NCBI RefSeq assembly: GCF_046119375.1
Contig: NW_027362767.1
Location: 421,166,001 to 421,230,000 of the forward strand
Direction of reading: 5' to 3'
DNA length: 64,000 nucleotides
From: Phyllobates terribilis
Lineage: Eukaryota
Shown in pieces: positions 12,001-23,100 of this stretch. Made by a program: the position numbers and the translations under genes. The notes below the pieces were generated by a model. It was not told the DNA's origin. It ran no database searches and was given only the letters and a program-made list of their open reading frames with translations. The stretch's first letter is position 1. Each line of letters starts with the position of its first letter.

Positions 12001-14490
12001 ACACAGCCAACATACTGCCATATAGTGCCCACATAGAGCCAGACAGACCACAGTCATCATACACAGCCAACATACTGCCATACTGTGCCAACATAAAGCC
12101 AGACAGACCACAGATCATCTTACACAGCCAACATACTGCCATACTGTTCCCACACGGTGCCAGACAGACCACAGATCATCATACACAGCCAACAGACTGC
12201 CATACTGTGCCCACGCGGTGCCAGACAGACCACAGTCATCATACACAGCCAACATACTGCCATACTGTGCCCACATAAAGCCAGACAGACCACAGATCAT
12301 CATACACAGCCAACATATTGCCATACAGTGCCCACACGGTGCCAGACAGACCACAGATTATCATACACAGCCAACATACTGCCATACTGTGCCCACGCGG
12401 TGCCAGACAGACCACAGTCATCATACACAGCCAACATACTGCCATACTGTGCCCACATAAAGCCAGACAGACCACAGTCATCATACACAGCCAACATACT
12501 GCCATACTGTGCCCACGTAAAGCCAGACAGACCACAGATCATCATACACAGCCAACATACTGCCATACAGTGCCCACACGGTGCCAGACAGACCACAGTC
12601 ATCATACACAGCCAACATACTGCCATACAGTGCCCACACGGTGCCAGACAGACCACAGTCATCATACCCAGCCAACATACTGCCATACTGTGCCCACATA
12701 AAGCCAGACAGACCACAGTCATCATACACAGCCAACATACTGCCATACTGTGCCCACATAAAGCCAGACAGACCACAGATCATCATACACAACCAACATA
12801 CTGCCATACTGTGCCCACATAAAGCCAGACAGACCACAGTCATCATACACAGCCAACACACTGCCATACAGTGCCCACACGGTGCCAGACAGACCACAGA
12901 TCATCATACACAGCCAACATACTGCCATACTGTGCCAACACGGTGCCAGACAGACCACAGATCATCATACACAGCCAACATACTGCCATACTGTGCCAAC
13001 ACGGTGCCAGACAGACCACAGATCATCATACACAGCCAACATACTGCCATACCGTGCCCACACGGTGCCAGACAGGCCACAGATCATCATACACAGCCAA
13101 CATACTGCCATACTGTGCCCACATAAAGCCAGACAGACCACAGTCATCATACACAGCCAACACACTGCCATACAGTGCCCACACAGCGCCAGACAGACCA
13201 CAGATCATCATACACAGCCAACATACTGCCATACAGTGCCCACATAGAGCCACATGGTACCAGACAGACCACATATCATATAGAACCAACATACTGCCAT
13301 ACTGTGCCCACACAGTGCCAGACAGACGATATAATGATCACAAACAGCTGACATACTGCCATACTGCGCCCACCCAGTGCCACAAAGTGCTAGATCATAC
13401 AAAGCTGTCAAAAAGCCATACCGTGCCCACAGAGCGGTGCAGTATCTGGCGGCATTATTTTGTCACGGAATGGCGCTGTATAGTAAGTATATAGGTGTTG
13501 CACAATGGCATCATTTAGACGCCGTCTATTATTTCGGTGTGATATTATACCGCCGCAGTCTGGGAGCGGACTATTTGGCGGCACTATGTATATACGGCTA
13601 GGGAGTATTATTTAGGAACGCTTGGGTACTTTCTGCGTTCATTACACGGGCGCATTCAGGATGTGTTTATTAGCAAATGAACGGTGGTATTGTTCAGCAC
13701 TATGTGGCGTTATGATAGGAGTTTACTATTTAGAAACAGTATGGTGGGATTATTTGTATCGCGTGGATACTATAGAGACATACAGGCACAATTTGTGAGT
13801 AAATAACTGTATGGCGCCATTATACGGGCACAGATAGGGCCGTGTATCGTCACATTAAGGTGCCATTACCTGTGCAATATATCTTAAACCCCCAAAAAAT
13901 GAACTGGAGTATAAATTGGTCTGAAGGCAGAAAAGGAGCGTGTTCACACTGGTCATCAGACAAAACCCAAGACAGGAACAAAATACACAAATACCCTGCT
14001 GCCTGAGATTCCCGCTTTACTCCCTCCCCGCTGATGTAGTAAGAATCACTGCCCCCTCAGGCACCGCCGCCATCTCTCATCATCCACTTTCCCATGGAGC
14101 TGTGACGCTGCCCTCTTGTGGCAGCAGCAGTATCACTGGTAATGCCTCGCTGATATCACTAGTCCTCCAGACTGATGGCGCCCGTTCTGCCGTCATACCT
14201 TTCTTTTCTCCTGGCGCCGTGCGACCTTCGTACTCGACGGTCTCCTTGTCTCGCCAGCGCCGGCCTTTCCCTGGAGCCTGTGGACACATAGCGCCTATTA
14301 GTGAGTATACGCTGTATACACTCGTACAGTATAATAAGGCGTCACTCACTGTCTCCAGCGCGGCATCCTCCTCCCGCTGACACTGCTGACGCCGCCGACG
14401 CTCGTCCCTCCTAGTCCGCTCTGTGACGTTAGCGGCGCTCCTGCAGGGCGCTCCCCCAATAACACCGTGGCCGCGTAAGAGGCGGAGCAT
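86..14490 (-). CDS. VARS2: Mitochondrial valyl-tRNA synthetase (class Ia aaRS); 5' 750 codons in 23 coding exons, 3' end outside the window
   Basis: Hand-spliced GT-AG exons, phases consistent, sum 2250 nt: 14490-14350, 14277-14199, 11570-11470, 11143-11022, 9846-9780, 9529-9432, 9355-9274, 8943-8824, 7113-7005, 6931-6843, 6622-6532, 6450-6323, 6250-6147, 5468-5387, 5303-5227, 4895-4829, 4748-4634, 4511-4441, 4022-3897, 3165-3061, 2470-2402, 1295-1217, 213-86. Motifs: [102 protein letters not shown]. The Arg-rich N-terminus (MLRLLRGH) without a GST-like domain and [11 protein letters not shown] indicate VARS2 rather than VARS1. Confidence 0.97.
312..1107. repeat. 36-bp minisatellite (~22 copies) in a VARS2 intron
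   Basis: Unit CCACATGATCAAACCAAGCTGCAGTACCAGACACAG; gives 12-aa periodic ORFs ([12 protein letters not shown]). Confidence 0.97.
1560..2330. repeat. Degenerate AT-rich low-complexity repeat (GGCACT..TATGGCGGTATTATT-like)
   Basis: Recurrent motifs ggcact/atggcggtattattt; related sequence at 13420-13900 and 14620-15300. Confidence 0.6.
4250..4345. mobile_element. ~95-bp hairpin mini-element with CTCF-like arms (second copy 5523-5614)
   Basis: Inverted arms GCAGCTGCCACTAGAGGGAGCTCA ... TGAGCTCCCCCTGGTGGCGACTGC; same layout at 5523-5614; solo arms at 6716-6730 and 57716-57731. Confidence 0.65.
7165..8850. repeat. CpG-rich minisatellite: ~33 x 42 bp (7165-8560) grading into ~6 x 39 bp (8620-8850) that overlaps a VARS2 exon end
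   Basis: 42-mer GAGAGGCGGCGGACAGGACGGTCCACGTCTCCTCTACATATC; 39-mer GTCTTACCTCAATATCAGAGGTGGAGGTCGGACGGCCAT. Confidence 0.96.
11630..13420. repeat. 60/61-bp minisatellite (~29 copies) in a VARS2 intron
   Basis: Unit CACAG(A)TCATCATACACAGCCAACATACTGCCATAC(T/A)GTGCCCAC(ACGGT/ATAAA)GCCAGACAGAC. Confidence 0.96.
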
Positions 14491-15060
14491 TGTAAGGGGG
14501 CGGGGGAGGGGGTCCTAAAAAATAAAAGAACCAAACCAATGTCATGAAAAAAAAGTGAAAATGTGTGGAGCCCCTTTAAGATATTAAACCACAACACAGC
14601 ACTATGGAGAATTCTCTGCAGGTATCAGGCAGCATTATTTTGGCAAGGAAAGGCGGTATTATGTGGCCGCTGTATATAGGTATTACATGATGGACGCTGT
14701 CTATTATTCAGGTGTAATATTATACCGGCGCAGTCTGGGAGTGGACTATTTGGCGGCACTACTATATACGGCTAGGGAGTATTACTTAGGGACTGCATGG
14801 CGGGTATATCTGGCTACATTCTGGGTGTATTATAGGGGCGCATTCAGGATGTGTTTATTAGCAAATGAATGGTGATATTATTCAGCACTATGTGGCGTTA
14901 TTATACGGGTTTACTATTCAGGGACGGTATGGCGGGATTATGTGTATTGTGTGGATACTATAGGGACATACAGGAACAATTTGTGAGTCAGTAACTGTAC
15001 GGCGCCATTATACGGGCACAGATAGGGCCATAGACTGCCACATTACCTGTGCAACATATG
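13515..15060. repeat. Pair of ~370-bp diverged direct repeats (13515-13880 and 14690-15060) bracketing the first two VARS2 coding exons
   Basis: Shared blocks in the same order and orientation, e.g. GCAGTCTGGGAG.GGACTATTTGGCGGCACTA, GGGCGCATTCAGGATGTGTTTATTAGCAAATGAA, GGCGCCATTATACGGGCACAGATAGGGCC. Confidence 0.9.
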
Positions 15061-15419
15061 GCGGCACTATATGACTAGAATTAGGGGTGATGTTTAGGAT
15101 CTATACTATGTGGGCGCGTTACAGGGGGTCATTTGCAGCTATATGGCGATATACTGCTGCCACACTGAGGACATATATCATACAGGACCTGCATGGCGGT
15201 ATTATTCAAGTGCCGTATAGAGATACTGTGCAGGAATAACTACAAAGGCCATCACTTAGGGTCTATATGGCAGTATAGTGTGGCAGGGGGAGTTCTGGGT
15301 TATTTAGGGCTATTGTGTGGGTACAAGTAGAGAATGGACATTGGGGCACAGTATGGCGGCATGAAGTCTGCCATGGACCGGTTATCACTGAGCTCCTCAC
15401 GTCCCTGCTCCGCCCTCAC

Positions 15420-15720
15420 ACTCACTGACCTCCTCGCCCCGGCTCAGTCTCCGCAGCGCAGCTCTCCTGACAACCGGAAGTCTCAGCGTGCGTTCCACCG
15501 TGCGTTCCAGCACAGAATCCACCAATAAGGACTCTTCGTTTCCATTCTGAAAGCGAGGCTTGCAAAAAAAAAAAAAAGTGCTCGGCCAACGAAAGAAAAG
15601 AAATCCCAGACATTCGTGGGCGTGGCCTCACTCTTTCCACCAATCAGAGTCCAGGTTTATTTCGTTCTTTGCTCTGGGGTTTTCTTAGGTTGGCGCAGCT
15701 CGTGTGATGCGGCGCAGGTA
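15420..15720. promoter_or_regulatory. Bidirectional promoter shared by VARS2 (-) and ZNF-A (+), with non-coding first exons
   Basis: Minus-strand donors at 15429-15428 (GTCAGT) or 15425-15424 (GTGAGT); plus-strand donor CAG|GTAGGA at 15718; ETS ACCGGAAGT 15473-15481, CCAAT 15522 and 15640, GC box GGGCGTGGC 15618; CpG-rich. The VARS2 ATG exon has its acceptor at 14516-14515. Confidence 0.8.
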
Positions 15721-15829
15721 GGAGCTGAGCTGCAGTGTCTGCACTGATCTGTGCGCGCAGGGGAAGGGGCGCGGTCAGTGCCGTGTGCAAGGGCAGGGAA
15801 TAGTGCAGGTCATAGCAGAGGGGGTCAGG

Positions 15830-16165
15830 AGCGAGCTCGGGGGGAACTGCAGGTCCGGTCGGGAGGCTGGAGGGGGACAAAAGGGCTGGTCAGTCGTGGG
15901 GGCTGGAGGGAGACAGAAGGTCCGGTGTGGGGGGGGTGGAAGGTCCTGTCCGGTTGGGGGGCTGGAGGGGGACGGAAGGTCTTGTCAGGTCGGGGGCTGG
16001 AGGGGGACGGAGGGTCCTGTCCGGTCGGGGGGACGGAAGGTCCTGTCCGGTCGGGGGGCTGGAGGGGGACGGAGGGTCCTGTCCGGTCGGGGGGCTGGAG
16101 GGGGACGGAGGGTCCTGTCCGGTCGGGGGGCCGGAGGGGGACGGCAGCTCCTGTCCGGTCGGGGC
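15830..16165 (+). repeat. 36-bp G-rich tandem repeat in ZNF-A intron 1
   Basis: Unit GGTCGGGGGGCTGGAGGGGGACGGAGGGTCCTGTCC; 12-aa periodic ORFs (GPVRSGGWRGTE). Confidence 0.92.
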
Positions 16166-16497
16166 TTCTCTTTTTCAGGAAAACAGTTGAACAAGACTAT
16201 ATAACATGTTTTTGTTTTCTAAAATGTCTCCACCTCTGTCTGGCATTACAGCACAGCCTCATTCACTTCAGTGGCGCTGAGCTGCAGTACCAGACACAAC
16301 CCATGGACTGGTGTGGCGCTGTATCTGGAAGCAGACATGTTTATCTAGTCATGGAGAACTTTAAGAATTGATTTTTCTCTTGATTATAGGCGTGAAACCC
16401 AACATGTAAGTGACTCCACTGGGCAGCAGGGGGCACTGCTGGTAACCTCCTGCCGCAATGTGACAGCAGGTCTAACCTCCTTCCTCCAGCCTTGGAC

Positions 16498-17361
16498 ATG
16501 AAAACGTCTTTTGGTCATGATGGACGACATGCACTAGATTTGAAAAGACAGGAAGAACTTCAACCATCCAAGAAGCCAGAGCCAGAGATGATCTCCAAAC
16601 TGTCTTGTGTAGCACCAGAAAATATGATGGAGGATTTAATCATGGATGACCATATCCTGACCGAGGACAGTAAGGAGGATGAGACCCGTGAACCACAGAT
16701 GGACGTCACGTACTACGCTGATGCTGGGGACAATGGCAGTGAAGAGTCCTTGGGTAACGTAGAAGACCCTTCTGAGATTGTGGAGGACGACAATGGAGAG
16801 GTCCGTTATGTCTGCTCCATCTGTGGGAAGATGTTCAAGCACATCGGTCACCTGAACCGACATAAGAAGAACCACTCTGGCCAGACTGCTTACAAATGTG
16901 AGGAGTGTGCTAAAAGCTTCTGCGATCAGCAAACGCTGGTGGTCCACCAGCGAGCCCACACCAGGGAGAAGCCATACAAGTGCTCCGAATGCGAGAAGAC
17001 CTTCGTCAACCAGTCCCACCTTACCGCCCACATGAGGATCCACACGGGGGTGAAGCCATTCATGTGCCCCATATGTAATCGCACTTTCACCAACTCATCC
17101 AGCCTAAAGAGGCATCAACAGACTCACACGGGGGATCGGCCGCACAAGTGCATGGAGTGCTCCAAAGCGTTCGGCCGGAGGGCCCACCTGGTGCGACACC
17201 TGAGGATACACACGGGCGAGAAACCCTATAAATGTTACAAGTGCGACAAGACGTTCAATAGGAAATTCTCTCTGGAAATGCACTACAGAGTTCATACGAA
17301 AGTAAGACCCCAGGCGGACCCCGAATCTTCTGGGAGCACAGACGATTCCGATGATTGGTGA
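16498..17361 (+). CDS. ZNF-A: C2H2 zinc-finger protein, 287 aa, acidic N-terminus plus 6 tandem fingers, single coding exon
   Basis: Acceptor ttcctccag|C at 16489/16490, ATG 16498; six C-x2-C-x12-H-x3-H fingers with TGEKP-type linkers; TGA at 17359-17361; no KRAB or FAX box. Confidence 0.93.
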   Translation: MKTSFGHDGRHALDLKRQEELQPSKKPEPEMISKLSCVAPENMMEDLIMDDHILTEDSKEDETREPQMDVTYYADAGDNGSEESLGNVEDPSEIVEDDNGEVRYVCSICGKMFKHIGHLNRHKKNHSGQTAYKCEECAKSFCDQQTLVVHQRAHTREKPYKCSECEKTFVNQSHLTAHMRIHTGVKPFMCPICNRTFTNSSSLKRHQQTHTGDRPHKCMECSKAFGRRAHLVRHLRIHTGEKPYKCYKCDKTFNRKFSLEMHYRVHTKVRPQADPESSGSTDDSDDW

Positions 17362-17479
17362 TCGCATGGTCCAAGAAGATCAGTAAAGAGCAAATCCCCC
17401 ATGAGTCACCTCCTTTCGTCAAAAAATATACGGCCACCGTGAGCTAGTTACTCAAGAAGAGAAATAATGTAACAATGTC

Positions 17480-18020
17480 ACCTAGTTACTAGGGGCTCAA
17501 TACCTAGAAACCAAAATATGGCCGCCATGACCTATTACTATAATAGAGGAATAATTCAGTAATATTAGCTTGTTACTAGGGGCACACTGCCTAGCAACCA
17601 AAATATGGCCGCCATGACTTAGGTACTATAATACAGGAATAAGAATAATGCAGCAATGTCACCTTGTTACTAGGGGCACACTGCCTCGCAACCAAAATAT
17701 GGCCGCTATGACCCAGTTACTCAAATAGAGGGGTAATGTCATTTGGTTACTAGGAGCACACTGCGTAGTAACCAAAATATGGCCTCTATGACCTAATTAC
17801 TATAATAGAGGAATAATGCAGTAATATCACCTGGTTACTAGGGGCACACTGCCTCGCAACCAAAATATGGCCGCCATGACCTAGTTACTATGGAATTGTA
17901 ACAACAATATCACCTTGTAACTAGGGGCACCATGCTTATCAACCACAATATGGCCGCTATGACCAAGTTCCTAAATTAGAGGGATAATGTCAACTGGTTA
18001 CTAGGGGCACACTGCCTAGT
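17480..18020. repeat. ~80-92-bp degenerate tandem repeat (~7 units) downstream of ZNF-A
   Basis: Recurring GTTACTAGGGGCACACTGCCT(A/C)GCAACCAAAATATGGCCGC(C/T)ATGAC. Confidence 0.88.
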
Positions 18021-18253
18021 AACCAGCCTAATCAACAGGGTCTTTACGCAGCAAGTCCACAGTAACCAGTCCACCTCATTTCTGAATGGACTCTTAGGCC
18101 TCATTCAGACGTATGTTTTTCGCACACAAGTTTTATCCGATTTCTTCATGGAGAATACTTGTATCTAGTACAGTCTGTGAGAGAGAAGTTCTCGCAAAAT
18201 CACTTGTCTGATATTGAACCGACTGTCACATCAAAATCCACAATGTAAGTCTA

Positions 18254-19877
18254 CAGTACAGACCAAAAGTTTGGACACACCTCATTTAAAGATTTTTCTG
18301 TATTTTCATGACTATGAAAATTGTACATTCACACTGAAGGCATCAAAACTATGAATTAACACATGTGGAATTATATACTTAACAAAAAAGTGTGAAACAA
18401 CTGAAAATATGTCTTATATTCTAGATTCTTCAAAGTAGCCACCTTTTGCTTTGATGACTGCTTTGCACACTCTTGGCATTCTCTTGATGAGCTTCAAGAG
18501 GTAGTCACCGGAAATGGTTTTCACTTCACAGGTGTGCCCTGTCAGGTTTAATAAGTGGGATTTCTTGCCTTATAAATGGGGTTGGGACCATCAGTTGTGT
18601 TGTGCAGAAGTCAGGTGGATACACAGCTGATAGTCCTACTGAATAGACTGTTAGAATTTGTATTATGGCAAGAAAAAAGCAGCTAAGTAAAGAAAAACGA
18701 GTGGCCATAATTACTTTAAGAAATGAAGGTCAGTCAGTGCGAAAAATTGGGAAAACTTTGAAAGTGTCCCCAAGTGCAGTTGCAAAAACCATCAAGCGCT
18801 ACAAAGAAACTGGCTAACATGAGGACCGCCCAAGGAAACGACCAAGAGTCACCTCTGCTTCTGAGGATAAGTTTATCCGAGTCACCAGCCTCAGAAATCG
18901 CAGGTTAACAGCAGCTCAGATTAGAGACCAGGTCAATGCCACACAGAGTTCTAGCAGCAGACACATCTCTACAACAACTGTTAAGAGGAGACTTTGTGCA
19001 GCAGGCCTTCATGGTAAAATAGCTGCTAGGAAACCTCTGCTAAGGACAGGCAACAAGCAGAAGAGACAAGTTTGGGCTAAAGAACACAATGAATGGACAT
19101 TAGACCACTGGAAATCTGTGCTTTGGTCTGATGAGTCCAAATTTGAGATCTTTGGTTCCAACCACCGTGTCTTTGTGCGACACAGAAAAGGTGAACGGAT
19201 GGACTCGACTTGCCTGGTTCCCACCGTGAAGCATGGAGGAGGAGGTGTGATGGTGTGGGGGTGCTTCGCTGGTGACACTGTTGGGGATTTATTCAAAATT
19301 GAAGGCATACTGAACCAGCATGGCTACCACAGCATCTTGCAGCGGCATGCTATTCCATCCGGTTTGCGTTTAGTTGGACCATCATTTATTTTTCAACAGG
19401 ACAATGACCCCAAACACATCTCCAGGCTGTGTAAGGGCTATTTGACCAAGAGGGAGAGTGATGGGGTGCTACGCAGGATGACCTGGCCTCCACAGTCACC
19501 AGACCTGAACCCAATCGAGATGGTTTGGGGTGAGCTGGACTGCAGAGTGAAGGCGAAAGGGCCAACAAGTGCTAAGCATCTCTGGGAACTCCTTCAAGAT
19601 TGTTGGAAGACCATTTCTGGTGACTACCTCTTGAAGCTCATCAAGAGAATGCCAAGAGTGTGCAAAGCAGTCATCAAAGCAAAAGGTGGCTACTTTGAAG
19701 AACCTAGAATATAAGACATATTTTCAGTTGTTTCACACTTTTTTGTTAAGTATATAATTCCACATGTGTTAATTCATAGTTTTGATGCCTTCAGTGTGAA
19801 TGTACAATTTTCATAGTCATGAAAATGCAGAAAAATCTTTAAATGAGAAGGTGTGTCCAAACTTTTGGTCTGTACTT
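18254..19877 (+). mobile_element. Tc1-like DNA transposon with DD38E transposase (Intruder-type spacing); full length, one nonsense codon
   Basis: TA at 18252-53 and 19878-79; ~265-bp TIRs starting CAGTACAGACCAAAAGTTTGGACACACC; transposase frame ATG 18665 to TAA 19714 with one in-frame TAA at 18815; [24 protein letters not shown]; 38 residues between the second D and E. Confidence 0.95.
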
Positions 19878-20146
19878 TATGTGTCCATGGTTTTCCACTG
19901 ATTGGAGAGAGAAGGTGGGGAACTTTTTTGTTTTTGTTCTGGCCAAATCTGAAGAAAATCTCTGATTGAACTAGAACAGTTTTTCTCGTACGCAAAAAAA
20001 AAAATGTGTCTGAGCCGTTATACTGACTTACAAAAGGTAAATTTGTCCTTTAACCCCCTCTCTGCTGGGTTGCCATTTTTCTTTTTCACGTTTTTGTTTT
20101 TCCTTCCACTTCTTCCAAGAGTTAAAACTTTTTTTTTCTTTTTTAA

Positions 20147-23100
20147 CCGGTTCCCGACCGCCCACTGTAGATAAACGTCGGCGCTTGCCGGGCTCTGTGC
20201 AGCGCCGACGTTTAAAACCGGTGGGTGGTCTCGCAGTGCTCAGGACCCCCAGGGTCCTGCAAGCACTGCGATTCCGGTGCAGAGCGTTAGCTCTGACAGG
20301 GTACATCATCGGGACCTGATTAGATCAGGTCCCAGTGATGTTAACCCTTTGCTGTCTTCTATATGCTGCGATCTATAGTGATTGCGGCATATAGGAGACA
20401 GCAAGAGGAGAGGGGGTCGTCTTACTTACCTCCGAAGACCTCCGTTTCGTTTGAGGACCTGGGGTTGCTATGGCAGCTGGAGGTCACATGACCGCCTCCA
20501 GCTCTGCCATATATGGTGTCCTTCCTGTCTGGCTTCAGCCTGTATGTAGCTGATTCCAGACAGGAGACTGAAACAGTCAGTGAAGATCTCATGTAATGTA
20601 ATATATGTCTATTACATTACATGAGATCAGTGATCAGAAAAATAAAAATTAATGTCCCATACAGGGACTAAGTAAAAATGTAAAAAAAAGTAAAAAAAAA
20701 GTTTTTAAACTATTAAAAAAAAAAATCACAAAATAAATAAAAATAAATAAATAAAATAATAAACCAATAAATCCGCATATTATTACAAAACCAAAAAAAG
20801 TACACATATTTGGTATCGCCGCGTCCGAAACAACCCGAGCTATAAAACTGTCACACTAATTAACTCCTTCTGTGCACACCGTAATAAAAATAAATAAAAA
20901 ACGGAGCAAAAAAATATGCTTTTTCATCATATCGCCAAACAAAAAGTGGAAAAAAATGCGATCAAAAAGCAGAATAGAAATAAAAATGGTACCACTGAAA
21001 ACTTCATCTTGTTCCGCAAAAAAAAGCCGCCATACAGCTCCATTAGCCGAAAAATAAAAAAGTTATAGCGCTCAGAATAAAGCAATGCAAAAAAAATATT
21101 TTTTTTTCTATAAAATTGTTTTATTGTGTAAAAGCACCAAAACATGAAAAAAATACAGTAAGTGTAGTATCGCTGTAAACGTACTGACCCCAAGAATAAC
21201 GCTGCCTGATCACTTTTACCACACGCAGAACGGCATAAAAAAAAACTCAAAAAACAATTCCTGAAGTGTTTGTTTTTGTTAACTTTACCTCCCAAAAAAC
21301 GGAATAGAAAGCGATCAAAAAATGTCACGTACCCAAAAATGGTTCCAATAAAAATGTCAACTCGTCCCGCAAAAAAAAAGCCGTCACATGACTCTATCGG
21401 CCGAAATATGGAAAAATTATAGCTCTCAAAATATGGTGATGCAAAAACTAGATTTTGCAAAAAAAGCGTATTTTAGTGTGTGACAGCTGCCAAACATAAA
21501 AACCCGATATAAATCTGGTATCTCTGTAATCGCACCGACCCGAAGAATAAAGTAATCTAATCAGTTATATCACACTAGGAACGGCGTAAAAAATAAATAA
21601 AACAAATATTATTCACCTGCTACTGATTTGTTTATTATGTCTCCCAAAGATCCCAGTAAGGCTCTGCCCACATTTATCCTGCGCTCTGCGCTGAGCACTT
21701 ACACCAGAGTTTCCGTGTAAATCTCTGAAATACGTGATTCAGCCAGAACCCATGATGGAAGATTTCCTGTAATGAGGCAGATATAGGCCACTGTGGACGC
21801 CGTCTAGCCTGGGATCCCACGGTGTCATTTGTTTTAGGCGTGCATAAAAGTGCGGTTGGCCACAGTTTTGTGCACTTCTGAAAAAAAGGACACCACTAAA
21901 CAGAGGCCAGACGGAGTCCAGAGTAACTCAGCTGCCTAATTATAGTGAATGGATCCCGCAGGGGTTTCATCTGAATTACATCACTTGGAAATTTAGATGG
22001 AAACCCCGATGTAAGTGCTCAGCCTAGAGCGCCGGATAAATGTTACGTAAAATGTTCCCAATAAACGCTTCAACTCAGTCCTCAAAAAAAGCTAGTCCCC
22101 ACTCAGGTCCATCATCTGTTAAAAATATAAGGGACTTCCAAGTTACTGGTAGCAGAAAGGCTCTGGAAAAGCAAAATGGTCCTTGCCCCCCAAAAGAAAT
22201 TCAGAAAATTTTGTGCTCCCAAATCCAAATGCCTATTCTACAATAATTTGTTCTCCAATTGTGAAATACCACTCCGTCCCCCCCAGATCTCGCCATATGG
22301 CTGAGCGGTACGATGCAGCCACATATGGGGTATTGACACTTTTAGAAGAAATTGTGTGACACATTTCGGCACCATTTTTACCCATTGCCCTGTGTGAAAA
22401 TGTAAAATCTGAGGGTAAAACATTTTTTTGTGGTAAAAATATAATTATGCTTTTTTCACTGCCCAATGGTATAAATTTAAAAATTAAAAAATGCTCACTA
22501 CTTCCCTAGATGAATTCCTTGAGAGGTGTAGTTTACAAAATGGGGTCACTTGTGGGGGTTTCTGCTGTTTCGGCATGTCAGCAACTCTTCAAATGTGACA
22601 TGGTGTCTGCTGCCTTTCCCAGCCAACATAGCGCTTCTTTCTCTTCCGAACCCTGCCGTACACCAAAGCAGTGGTTTTCCCCCACATATGGGGTATCGGC
22701 GTACTCAGGAGAAATTGTACAACAAATTTCATGGTGCAATTTATCCTGTTACCCTTATGATAATGCAAAATTAGGGAATGAAAAACATTTTTTATGGGAA
22801 AAATGTGAAAATTTTATTTTTACGGCTCAATATTATAAACTTCTGTGAAGCAGCTGGGGGTGCAAGGTGCTCACCACACATCTAGATAAGTTCCCTAAGG
22901 GGTATAGTTTCCAAAATGGTGGCACTTGTGGGGGGTTTCCACTGTTTAGTCACATTAGGGGCTCCCCAAATGCGACATGGCGTCTGCTAATTATTCAAAC
23001 AAATTTTACATTCAAAAAGTCAAATGGCGCTCCTTCCCTTTCAAACCCTGCCATGCGCCCAAACAGTAATTTGCCTCCACATATGGGGTATCGGCGTGTT

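Noticed and set aside
11577-13494. Many overlapping Cys/His-rich ORFs
   Set aside because: Artefacts of the 60/61-bp minisatellite.
16492-16497. TTG/GTG starts in the ORF track (16492, 37521, 45934, 59761 and others)
   Set aside because: In a vertebrate gene these fall in UTR, intron or mid-exon positions; starts were reassigned to ATG or splice acceptors.
18815-18817. Programmed readthrough of the transposase stop
   Set aside because: TAA with no readthrough context visible; a point mutation is the simpler explanation.
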